Source: an uncultured Chloroflexaceae bacterium
GTDB taxonomy: Bacteria; Chloroflexota; Chloroflexia; Chloroflexales; Chloroflexaceae
Length of the DNA stretch: 38,521 nt
Direction of reading: 5' to 3'
Assembly (NCBI GenBank): GCA_964559995.1
Contig: CAZLKK010000001.1
Coordinates: forward strand, 1 to 38,521
Shown here one piece after another: positions 25,079 through 34,600 of the stretch (position 1 is its first letter; the number at the start of each line of letters is the position of its first letter). The notes below the pieces were generated by a model. It had not been told where the DNA came from. It saw only the letters and a program-made list of their open reading frames with translations, and made no database searches. Made by a program: the position numbers and the translations under genes.

Positions 25079-25278
25079 GTGTGACGGATTCCGTGTTAGG
25101 GCAACGTAACGAGCGGATGTCTGAGAGTGGGGGCATTGTTCGCCTTTGACACACCCCTGGGGTCTAACGAAAGTGCTAGACGGGGCAACTTGTGCTACCA
25201 TGCGTGAACACAACCCGTACACTATGGTGAAATGGGTAGGATTAGGATCGTGAGGGACAATTAAGGACAATAAGGACC

Positions 25279-26949
25279 ATGAGGACACCTTCAGGGAACG
25301 ATACCAAAGAGATAGCGGCGATCTACCGGCTGCGTATGGCAGAACAGGTTGCCACCCTGCCGTTTGCTGGTGTGACAGGCAAGGGCAGCCCCACTGCCCC
25401 CATACAAGCGGTGTTTGTGCCGCCTATGCTTGAACGTGAGGCAAACGTCTTTGCCCTAGCAGAAATGATGCTGGCGATGCAGGCAGGCAATGAGGCGGTG
25501 CATCCGCGAGAACTTCGCAAGCAGGGGGGACACACTGGCGAGCGTATGCCCCTATCGGATGCTCTCCATACCTCGCCCTGTATCGTATTGCTTGGGGAAG
25601 CCGGCGCAGGCAAAACAACGCTCCTTACCTATCTTACCCACTGCTGCGCTACGGGACAGGTAGCGCATGAGCCAGCATTAGCCGATGCATCGGGAAATGC
25701 GCTCTTGCCCCTGTTCATTTCGCTACGGGACTATGCCGGGGAATCTGCGACACGCAGCTTGGACTATAGTCTCATCCACCACCTCTACACGCTGGCAAAT
25801 GAACGATTACTCTGTGCTCCCCCCTACAAATTTTTTGAGGATGCATTGGAAGCGGGGCAGTGTTTGGTGTGCTTGGATGGGCTAGACGAGATATGGGATA
25901 TTGGGCAGCGCAAGACAGTAGCCGATGCTATCAGTGTGCTGGTATCCCGGTTTCCCCATAGCCGCTATCTTGTCACTTCGCGCAGTGCTGGCTATCATCA
26001 ATCCCCGCTCACCTATACGCTGTTTGAACACTACACGCTGCTGCCCCTAAATGATGTGAGTATCCATCTGGTGATCACCCGCTGGTATCAGGTGGATGAT
26101 GCTGTCCCCCAAGCAGCGCAAGCGCAACGGGCAACCACGCTCTGGGAGACGATAGAGCGCGAGCCACAGACTCGCACGCTTGCCCGTTCGCCCCTGCTCC
26201 TGATGCTCTATTGCCTGTTGCATGGGTCAGTAACCTCCCTGCCCCATGAGCGAGTGCGGCTCTATGCTACGGGGATTGCCCATATGATTACCGGTTGGAA
26301 ACAGGCTATGGGGGTGAGTGCTGATGAAGATGCCCACCCCTTGTATGCTATGCTGCCAAAGTTGATGGAGTTTCTTGCCTATGAACTGCATAGTCACGCT
26401 GAGCAGCCGGGGCAGAGGCAGACGATGACCGCCGATATGCTTCACCGTTTGCTGACCAGTTGGGTTATGGAGCAAGCGCGGTTGATGGGGAGCGAGGCAG
26501 GAGGTACGGTAGGTGATGAACAGGTCAGCAGGTTTCTAACCCGCTTGCAAGAGACCCCTGGGCTATTGAGAGAAGTACATCCAGGGGTGTTTGCTTTTGC
26601 TCATCTTGCCTTCCAAGAATACCTAACGGCTTGTGCCATAGAAAAGCAGGTAGCCCATCGGGGGGGAGAACTGCTCTGGAGCGAGATACAAGACCACTTG
26701 CATACCCCCCATTGGCGCGAGATTATCCTTTTCCTCATGGGCAGTCTCAGCACGATGAGTACGCTTACCACGGAGGTAGCCAAGCGCATTATGCAGCTTG
26801 GTGAGCAAGATATATTTGAGCCAGTGTTGCATCGCCACCTCTACCTTGTGGCAGGCATCCTCTCAACGAGCGGCAATGTGACGGCAGAACTGCGCCAGCA
26901 TGTGGTAGAAACGATCCTGCATATTGCCCGTACAACCAAATTGACCTAG
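25279..26949 (+). CDS. NACHT-family STAND NTPase, ending at an in-frame TAG that interrupts a HEAT repeat
   Basis: 556 aa. Motifs: Walker A IVLLGEAGAGKTTLLTYL, Walker B CLVCLDGLDEIWD, YLVTSRSAGY. There is no N-terminal effector domain, only about 100 aa before the P-loop. It is in the same reading frame as 26962..28128. Confidence 0.8.
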   Translation: MRTPSGNDTKEIAAIYRLRMAEQVATLPFAGVTGKGSPTAPIQAVFVPPMLEREANVFALAEMMLAMQAGNEAVHPRELRKQGGHTGERMPLSDALHTSPCIVLLGEAGAGKTTLLTYLTHCCATGQVAHEPALADASGNALLPLFISLRDYAGESATRSLDYSLIHHLYTLANERLLCAPPYKFFEDALEAGQCLVCLDGLDEIWDIGQRKTVADAISVLVSRFPHSRYLVTSRSAGYHQSPLTYTLFEHYTLLPLNDVSIHLVITRWYQVDDAVPQAAQAQRATTLWETIEREPQTRTLARSPLLLMLYCLLHGSVTSLPHERVRLYATGIAHMITGWKQAMGVSADEDAHPLYAMLPKLMEFLAYELHSHAEQPGQRQTMTADMLHRLLTSWVMEQARLMGSEAGGTVGDEQVSRFLTRLQETPGLLREVHPGVFAFAHLAFQEYLTACAIEKQVAHRGGELLWSEIQDHLHTPHWREIILFLMGSLSTMSTLTTEVAKRIMQLGEQDIFEPVLHRHLYLVAGILSTSGNVTAELRQHVVETILHIARTTKLT

Positions 26950-26961
26950 CAGCAAGATGCA

Positions 26962-28128
26962 GTGCGGGTACTTGGGCGTATGGAAGGTGATGGGTATGTG
27001 GCTATGGGATTGCTTGAACTTGCCTGTGACCCGAACGTCGAGCCGGTGGTACGACTTGAATCGGCAACAGCGTTGGGGAAACTTGGACACGTTGACGAAG
27101 CAGCACAAGCTCTCGTGACGTTAGCCCACAACCCACAACATGATCTATGGTGTGCGCGGGCAGCGGCGGTAGTGCTTGGGTCGTTGGGACGCAAGGATGA
27201 AGCGGCAGAAGCCCTCTTAGCCCTAGCCCGCGACCCGCAGGGCAGCATCCGTGAGCGATGTGCGGCGGCGGTAGCCCTGGAGACTCTAGGACACCGCGAT
27301 GAGGCAGTAGAGGTGTTGTTGATGCTGGCACGCGACCCCCAGGGGGATGCGGCAGTACGGCGCAATGCAGCGGAGACGCTTGGGCGGCTTGGACACCATG
27401 AGGCTGCTGCTGAGGTGTTGTTGGACTTGGCTGGTAATGCGGCACAGAACGCATGGCAAAGACGCTATGCTGCTGAGGCGTTGGGGATGCTTGGACGTAG
27501 GCAAGAAGCGGCGAGTATTCTATTGGCACTCGCCCAAGACCCCTCGCTAGAGAGCCGCGTTCGCCGCTTTGCAACTGAATCCTTGGGGACGCTTGGCTAC
27601 CAAGATGAGGCGGTCTTTGCTGGCTTGCTCAAGTTGGCGCAGGATTTTTCGCGTAGCCCGTGGGAACGTACCACGGCGGCGATGGCTCTGGGCAAACTTG
27701 GGCGCAAAACTGATGCGGTGGGGGTGCTGATGAGTCTAGCGCACGATACGAGCAAGGGACCATCGGTGCGCCGTGCGGCATCGGTTGCGCTTGGCAATCT
27801 AGGCTACCCAGATGAGGCGGCAGAGGTCCTGATGGCGTTGGCGTGTGATTCGTTTGGCGACCCGTGGGAACGGTGTACGGCGGCGATGGCGATGGCTTCG
27901 TTGGGACGCACTGATAAGGCGGTGTTGGATAGTCTGCTCACGTTAGCCCACAATCCCAAAGCCCAAGATGATGAACGGGCAACAGCAGCGGTGGCACTTG
28001 GTAAACTTGGACGTAGCGAGGAAGCAGCAAAGGTGTTGTTAGCATTGGCATGCGATACCGATGTAGCGGGGTGGGTGCGGCGCACGGCGTATGATAGCCT
28101 CAAACGGCTCGTGGGTAGCCGGGGGTAG
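26962..28128 (+). CDS. HEAT-repeat (PBS-lyase HEAT-like) protein; probably the C-terminal sensor part of the upstream NACHT gene
   Basis: About eleven ~31-aa repeats of the type (D/E)EA.EVLL.LA.DP...(W/V)(E/R)R..AA.ALG.LGR. The track start is GTG 26962, with no convincing RBS there or at ATG 26980. Frame continuity across TAG 26947..26949 was checked by hand. Confidence 0.75.
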   Translation: MRVLGRMEGDGYVAMGLLELACDPNVEPVVRLESATALGKLGHVDEAAQALVTLAHNPQHDLWCARAAAVVLGSLGRKDEAAEALLALARDPQGSIRERCAAAVALETLGHRDEAVEVLLMLARDPQGDAAVRRNAAETLGRLGHHEAAAEVLLDLAGNAAQNAWQRRYAAEALGMLGRRQEAASILLALAQDPSLESRVRRFATESLGTLGYQDEAVFAGLLKLAQDFSRSPWERTTAAMALGKLGRKTDAVGVLMSLAHDTSKGPSVRRAASVALGNLGYPDEAAEVLMALACDSFGDPWERCTAAMAMASLGRTDKAVLDSLLTLAHNPKAQDDERATAAVALGKLGRSEEAAKVLLALACDTDVAGWVRRTAYDSLKRLVGSRG

Positions 28129-28212
28129 CAGCGCAAAATGGCTGTTCTCTCGTTGTCCTCCCCCTCCCACATCATCCTAACTAACGATCACTTTTGCGTG
28201 AATGAAGAGTCA

Positions 28213-28221
28213 TGATACAAT
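28213..28221 (+). promoter_or_regulatory. Putative extended -10 promoter box TGATACAAT for pckG
   Basis: TGATACAAT ends 63 nt before ATG 28285. Confidence 0.4.
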
Positions 28222-28227
28222 AGAAGG

Positions 28228-28249
28228 CATATTGCTACTTGGCAATATG
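28228..28249 (+). promoter_or_regulatory. Perfect 8-6-8 palindrome at the predicted pckG transcription start; a candidate operator or 5' hairpin
   Basis: CATATTGC-TACTTG-GCAATATG starts 7 nt after the -10 box. Confidence 0.4.
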
Positions 28250-28284
28250 TGGACCCCTTTGAAGTCTAAGTGAAGGGAGGGACA

Positions 28285-30111
28285 ATGGAAATCCCTGGTT
28301 ATGTGAAGAACAACCGGTTGCGTTCCTGGGTACAGGAAATGGTCGAACTATGTAAGCCGGATAATGTGCATTGGTGTGATGGCTCACAAGAAGAGTATGA
28401 CCAGATGTGTCAATTGATGATAGACGCTGGTACTGCCGTCAAACTCAACGAAGAGAAACGCCCCAATAGTTACCTTGTCCGTTCTGACCCTGGTGACGTA
28501 GCCCGTGTAGAAGGTCGCACATTCATTTGTACGACCAACGAGCAAGACGTAGGCCCAACAAACAACTGGGAAGACCCCAAGCGGATGAAAGAAACGCTGA
28601 CCAAGTTGTTTGATGGAAGTATGCGTGGTCGTACCATGTACATCATCCCTTACAGCATGGGACCACTCGGATCGCCTATTGCCCACATTGGTATTGAGAT
28701 TACCGATTCCCCCTATGTCGTGGCAAATATGCGAATTATGACCCGGATGGGGAAAGCGGTCATAGAGGTACTTGGTGATGGTGAATTTGTACCCTGTCTC
28801 CATTCGGTAGGCAAACCCCTCCAGTCCGGCGAGCAGGATGTCCCTTGGCCCTGCAACCCCGACAACAAGTACATTGTGCATTTCCCCGAAGAGCGCACCA
28901 TTTGGTCATTTGGTAGCGGCTACGGTGGCAACGCCCTGCTCGGCAAGAAGTGTTTTGCGTTGCGTATCGCTTCCAACATTGCGCGAGATGAAGGCTGGTT
29001 GGCAGAGCATATGCTCATCTTGGGGGTAGAATCTCCCGAAGGCGAAAAGACCTACGTGGCAGCCGCCTTCCCTAGCGCGTGCGGTAAAACCAACTTTGCG
29101 ATGATGATCCCGCCAAAGGCATTTGAAGAAGATGGTTGGAAAGTGACAACGGTAGGGGATGACATCGCATGGATCAAGCCCGGTGAGGATGGCAGAATCT
29201 ACGCTATCAACCCAGAAAACGGCTACTTTGGCGTAGCTCCCGGTACCTCAGACAAATCAAACCCCAACGCTATGGTGTCATGTAGCAAGAACAGCATTTT
29301 CACCAATGTTGCCTTGACTCCTGATGGGGATGTTTGGTGGGAAGGGATGACGGATGAACCGCCGCCTAAGTTGACAGATTGGCTTGGGCAAGAATGGACT
29401 CCCGACTGTGGCAGGGTATCTTCGCACCCCAACGCCCGCTTCACGGCTCCTGCCAGTCAATGTCCTTCTATTGACCCCGACTGGGAAAATCCAGCAGGTG
29501 TTCCCATCAAAGCCTTTATCTTTGGTGGTCGGCGTAGTAGTGTCGTTCCCCTTATCTACCAAGCATTTAACTGGAACTATGGGGTCTACTTGGCGGCTAC
29601 GATGGGGTCTGAGACTACCGCAGCGGCAACGGGAGCCGTTGGGAAGATACGCCGTGACCCATTCGCTATGTTGCCCTTCTGTGGCTATCACATGGCAGAC
29701 TATTGGAACTACTGGCTCGACTTTGGTCGCAGACTTCCCAACCCACCACGTATCTTTGGGGTAAACTGGTTCCGCAAAGGCGAGGATGGTTCCTTTACGT
29801 GGCCCGGCTTTGGCGAAAACATGCGCGTGCTCAAGTGGATTGTTGAGCGGGCTAATGGACGCGCCGTCAGTATTGAGTCTCCGGTGGGTTGGCAGCCACG
29901 CTATGAGGATATAGATTGGCGTGGGATAGACTTCCCCAAAGAGAAGTTTGACGAAGTGATGGACATAGACCCAGAGGCATGGAAAGAAGAGCTGCTGTTG
30001 CATGAAGAGTTGTTTATCAAGCTCTTTGATCGGTTGCCAAAGGAGATGGTCTTTACCCGTCAGTTGATTCTCTCCAGTTTGTGGCGTTCTCCTAAGATGG
30101 AAGCCTTCTAA
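28285..30111 (+). CDS. pckG: Phosphoenolpyruvate carboxykinase (GTP)
   Basis: 608 aa from ATG 28285, with AAGGGAGGG upstream; the track GTG 28270 lies inside this RBS. Full-length resemblance to GTP-PEPCK includes [34 protein letters not shown] (P-loop), VGDDIAWI and NWFRK. Confidence 0.9.
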   Translation: MEIPGYVKNNRLRSWVQEMVELCKPDNVHWCDGSQEEYDQMCQLMIDAGTAVKLNEEKRPNSYLVRSDPGDVARVEGRTFICTTNEQDVGPTNNWEDPKRMKETLTKLFDGSMRGRTMYIIPYSMGPLGSPIAHIGIEITDSPYVVANMRIMTRMGKAVIEVLGDGEFVPCLHSVGKPLQSGEQDVPWPCNPDNKYIVHFPEERTIWSFGSGYGGNALLGKKCFALRIASNIARDEGWLAEHMLILGVESPEGEKTYVAAAFPSACGKTNFAMMIPPKAFEEDGWKVTTVGDDIAWIKPGEDGRIYAINPENGYFGVAPGTSDKSNPNAMVSCSKNSIFTNVALTPDGDVWWEGMTDEPPPKLTDWLGQEWTPDCGRVSSHPNARFTAPASQCPSIDPDWENPAGVPIKAFIFGGRRSSVVPLIYQAFNWNYGVYLAATMGSETTAAATGAVGKIRRDPFAMLPFCGYHMADYWNYWLDFGRRLPNPPRIFGVNWFRKGEDGSFTWPGFGENMRVLKWIVERANGRAVSIESPVGWQPRYEDIDWRGIDFPKEKFDEVMDIDPEAWKEELLLHEELFIKLFDRLPKEMVFTRQLILSSLWRSPKMEAF

Positions 30112-30151
30112 TATAGCGAGAGCCTATTCAACAACGGGTTATGGGTTTCTA

Positions 30152-30186
30152 GGGGGGATATAGCGTAGGCTGTATCTCCCCTTTTT
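30152..30186 (+). terminator. Intrinsic terminator after pckG
   Basis: GGGGA-T-ATA (30154..30162) pairs with TAT-C-TCCCC (30173..30181) across a 10-nt loop, followed by TTTTT (30182..30186). It starts about 40 nt after the TAA stop. Confidence 0.55.
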
Positions 30187-30316
30187 GTCCCCAGGTAGTC
30201 CTGCTTGCCCCCCCGCTCCCCCCCTTGACAATCATTACCGTATCTTGCCCCCTCGACTCCTTGAACCGTGTATAATGGGAGTATTAAAGACAACCAGCAT
30301 AAGAAAAGAGGGAACT

Positions 30317-31297
30317 ATGAAGATTCTCGTCACCGGTGGGGCAGGCTATATCGGCAGTATCACCACCGCAGAGCTTATCCAAGCAGGACACCAGGTTATT
30401 GTTTTTGACAATCTGTACCAGGGGCATAGGGAAGCAATCCATCCTGATGCAGCCTTTGTGCAAGGTGATCTAGCAGACCGCACCGCACTAGAGCAACTTT
30501 TTACCACGTACCCAAATATAGATGGCATTATGCACTTTGCCTCCTATACGCTCGTGGGTGAGAGTATGCAGCACCCATTGAAGTACCTACGTGACAATTT
30601 GGTCAATGCTAGTAACTTATTGGAGTATGCGGTGGCGAGTGGAATACGCCGCTTTATCCTCTCTTCTACGGCAAACCTCTTTGACCAGCCGCAGCGCGTC
30701 CCCATAGACGAGGAGGAGGTCATCGTCCCCGGTGCGCCCTATGGCGAGTCCAAGTTCTTTATTGAGCGATTGCTGTATTGGTTTGAGCGTATCTACGGCC
30801 TACGCTTTGCAGCATTGCGCTACTTCAATGCTGCAGGCGATACCCCGGAGCGGGGCGAGGATCATGACCCAGAAACTCACCTCATCCCCCTAGTACTTCA
30901 GGTGGCACTAGGGCAGCGGGAACATATTACCATTTTTGGGGATGACTACCCCACCCGTGATGGGACGTGTATACGGGACTACATCCATGTCGTAGACTTA
31001 GCACAGGCGCACATCCTCGCCATGCAGTCGCTGGACGACTTGGGAAGTCGGGTATACAACCTGGGCAATGGACAGGGGTTTACCGTGCTAGAGGTGCTAG
31101 AGTCTGCTCGCCGTATCACCCAACACCCCATCCCCCACATTGTTGGGACACGGCGAGCAGGCGACCCACCAGTGTTGGTAGCATCGTCAGAGCGCATCCG
31201 TAGGGAGCTCGGTTGGCAACCCCGCTATCCTACCATTGATGCTATTATGGAGACCGCATGGGAATGGCACAAAACTCATCCGTATGGCTATCGGTAG
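30317..31297 (+). CDS. galE: UDP-glucose 4-epimerase
   Basis: 326 aa from ATG 30317, with AGAGGGA upstream. Motifs: [27 protein letters not shown] (YxxxK), RYFNAAG. The upstream part of the track ORF lies in repeat-like intergenic sequence. Confidence 0.85.
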   Translation: MKILVTGGAGYIGSITTAELIQAGHQVIVFDNLYQGHREAIHPDAAFVQGDLADRTALEQLFTTYPNIDGIMHFASYTLVGESMQHPLKYLRDNLVNASNLLEYAVASGIRRFILSSTANLFDQPQRVPIDEEEVIVPGAPYGESKFFIERLLYWFERIYGLRFAALRYFNAAGDTPERGEDHDPETHLIPLVLQVALGQREHITIFGDDYPTRDGTCIRDYIHVVDLAQAHILAMQSLDDLGSRVYNLGNGQGFTVLEVLESARRITQHPIPHIVGTRRAGDPPVLVASSERIRRELGWQPRYPTIDAIMETAWEWHKTHPYGYR

Positions 31298-31333
31298 GGA
31301 GCATCCGCGTAGATAATCACGGGTATGTGTTAA

Positions 31334-31452
31334 GGTCATGGCAATGAAGGGGCGAGGGGGAGCCGCCCCAGCGACCCGCTCCCCTACTACGCGGGAGCGG
31401 GGGCGGGGGGAGCGGGTGAAAAATCCTTTGATTGGGCAACATTGCCATGACC
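31334..31452. repeat. 119-nt element bounded by 13-bp perfect inverted repeats, enclosing a member of the G/C-rich repeat family (MITE-like, or a long structured RNA/terminator)
   Basis: GGTCATGGCAATG (31334..31346) pairs with CATTGCCATGACC (31440..31452). The interior holds GGCGAGGGGGAGCCG and the inner inverted repeat ACCCGCTCCCC (31374..31384) / GGGGAGCGGGT (31407..31417). It sits between the galE stop and the kinase promoter. Confidence 0.65.
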
Positions 31453-31492
31453 CGGTAACGTTGATGCTTCTGTCAGGATGATATAAAGAATA

Positions 31493-31501
31493 TGGTACAA
31501 T
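31493..31501 (+). promoter_or_regulatory. Putative extended -10 promoter box TGGTACAAT for the hybrid kinase gene
   Basis: TGGTACAAT lies 137 nt upstream of ATG 31638. Confidence 0.4.
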
Positions 31502-31637
31502 AGCATACATAAGACATTTTGCTCTGTGGTCAACATTCCTATGCCCAACCAAAGGTATCAGCACAAACCACAACAAAACTTTAAGGATTACCCATTGAAG
31601 TACACAGTCCAAGACAGCAAAAAGACAAGAGGTTCTT

Positions 31638-34600
31638 ATGGGAACAGGAACCCCCAATTCCCCAGAAACTCCCAACAAGGATACCGCATTGCAAGAACAC
31701 CTGCTGGTTGCCCTGCAGCAACATAACCCTGTTTTTGCCTCGCTTGAGCCACCACAACAGCAACAACTGGTGCAAGACATCATAGCCATTGCAGCAGACC
31801 ATACCCCTTCTCTATTGGCGGTAGCGCAACCTCCTCACCATTCCCCTACACAACCCACCGCCCCGCAAGAGCCACCCGTATTGCTTGAGCAAAATAGACA
31901 AGACAGCGAGCAACGATTACAGACTATCATTGAGAAAAACGCCGACCCGATCATCGTCTGTATTGCAGGCAACGTTTGTTTTATCAACCCGGCTGCGGAG
32001 ATGATGTTTGGTCGCTCTGCCCAAGAACTGCTTGGGTATGACCTGGGTATCCCCCTCGTAGCCGCAGACAAAACCGAGGTAGATATACTGGATACGCAAG
32101 GGGAACACCACATAGCTGAAATGCGCGTGGTGGAAATAACGTGGGGGGGAGAAACCGCGCTGCTTGCGACCTTCCGGGATATAACCCGCCGCAAAGAGCT
32201 CGAAGACCAACTGGAGCAGAAAGTACACGAGCGCACCAGCATGCTCCAGCATGCCACAGAACGGCTTATCATTGAGCTTGCGCGGCGCGAAAAAGCTGAA
32301 CAGACGATACAAGGGCGCGATGCCATCTTTGAGGCAATAGAATATACCGCGCAAACATCCCTCAAAACTACCAGTATCAAACAAAACATCCCGGCTATTC
32401 TCAACCAACTTGGCACAGCTACCGGGGTCAATCGTATTACCCTCTTTACCGTCGAGCCACTCCAGAAACTCCAACGCATGCATACTTGGACATCCAGTGC
32501 AACGCTTCTCTCTACCCTGCCAGAAGACCTCCCCACCTACCACACGGACGTGATAGACCCAACCACGCGCACCTTTTCGCGCTGGTTTGAACGGCTACAA
32601 AAAGGTCTCTCGATTTATGGGAATGTCCAAGCCCTACCCCTCAATGAACGGGATATTCTCCAACAGCAACACATCCAATCGCTGGCTATTATTCCCATCT
32701 TTGTCAATGATACGTGGTGGGGTTTTCTGGAATTTGACCATTGCTATAGCGAGCATGCTTGGCTGTTGGCAGAAGCCGAAGCCCTCAAAGCGATTGCCAA
32801 CATCATCGGTACTGCTATGCAGCGCGAACAGATACAGCAAGCCCTTTTGAAGAGTGAAGAGCGATTTCGCACCGTTGCCGATTTTACCTACGACTGGGAG
32901 TATTGGGTCAGCCCCGAAGGTGAACTGCTCTACAACTCGCCATCCTGCGAGCGCATTACCGGCTACTCCCCCCAAGAGTTCCAAGCACGAACCTCGCTTC
33001 TCTACGATATTATTCACCCAGAAGACCGTGCCCTGATGCCCAATGCCAACAAGATTATCCAGTCTGACAAGAGCCGGGATATTCGCATCATCACCGCCCA
33101 GGGCAAAGAACGCTGGATCAACCGTATTGAGCAACCGGTCTATGCCAACGATGGCGTATGGCTTGGGCAGCGGATAAGCAACCGGGATATTACCGAGCGT
33201 ATTTATGCCGAGCAAGCGTTACGGGAGAGCGAAGCAACCTACCGCGCTATGTTTGAGAAGAATACCGCGGTAAAAATCCTGGTAGACCCAGACACGGCGA
33301 TGATTGTAGATGCAAACTCGGCGGCTTGCCAATTTTACGGCTATACCCAAGAGACCATCCGCGATCAATCACTCTCAGCCATTGTTGACCTTTCGTCCAA
33401 TCAACTCCAGGATATGATCTACGCGGCACAAGAAGAACAGCGCACCTACTTTACGACCCGACACCGGCATGCTTCCGGTACCACCCGTGAAGTGGAGATA
33501 TATACTGCCCCCATTGAGATACATGGCAAAACGCTTATCTATTCTATCATTCACGACATCACAGACCGTATCCAGGCAAAACTGGACTTGCAACACAAAG
33601 AAGAGCACTTCCGGGAGATCGTCGAAGAAACTGGCGATTTGATTATCCAAACAGACCCCAAGGGCATCATTATCTACATCAACCAAGCCACGCTCAAATA
33701 TCTGGGACATCCACCAGAGACCTATATCTCGCGGAGCTTGTTTGACTACATCCATCCAGATGACCGCAAGCGTACTCAGGTCGCTTTTGATATGTGGGTA
33801 CAGCGGCGGGCAACTAGCGCGACCTTTGAAAACCGCATGTTGCACTCCAACGGCACAGTGTATCATCTCAGTTGGAGCATTTGCCTGCATCACGCCACCG
33901 ATGGTACCCCCAGAACTATCAATGCTATTGCCCACAACATCACCGAGAGAAAGCAGATAGAGCATGCCCTACGGGAAAGCGAATCGCGCTACCGGGCTAT
34001 ATCCGACCTCATAACCGACTTTGCCTATGCTATCCGGTTGGAGGCAGACAATACCCCAACGCTAGAATGGGTAACGGAAGCCTTTACCCGTACCACGGGG
34101 TATACGCTGCATGAAATACACCAGGCTGGCGGGTGGGATACCATCATACACCCCGAAGATCAGCCAGTGATTCGGCAGCGGCGAAAATGGATGATAGCGG
34201 GGCAGGCATCAGACATTACCGAGTTTCGTATTGTCACCAAGCCAGGCGATGTGCGATGGCTCCGCAACCACTGCCGCCCCATCTGGGATTCAGCCCAGGG
34301 ACGGGTGGCGCGTATCTATGGAGCAGGGCAAGACATCACTGCACGGGTGCAGGCGGAGCAAGCCTTACGGGAAAGCGAAAAACGCTATCGCCAACTGGTT
34401 GAACTCTTCCCCGATATGATCATTGTCCACAGTGAAGGCAAGCTCATGTTTATCAATGAGGAAGGCGCGAAACGGTTTGGGGTAGAATCTGCCGAAGAGA
34501 TCATTGGCAGACCTATCATGCCGCATGTCGCCCCTGCCTACCGTGAAATTGTCGCCAACCGCGTAGCAGCATTGCAATCGGGAGAGCAGACCCGCACAGC

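Noticed and set aside
26947-26949. TAG as pyrrolysine or programmed recoding
   Set aside because: No pyl genes or recoding signals are visible in the window, and the lineage is not known for Pyl. A nonsense mutation or sequencing error is more parsimonious. Readthrough is kept only as a minor possibility in the finding.
28270-28284. GTG 28270 as the pckG start
   Set aside because: These 15 nt form the AAGGGAGGG ribosome-binding site for ATG 28285.
31187-31789. 200-aa minus-strand ORF
   Set aside because: It overlaps the galE 3' end, the repeat element and the kinase 5' end. The sequence is Cys/Ser-rich and low-complexity, with no motifs.
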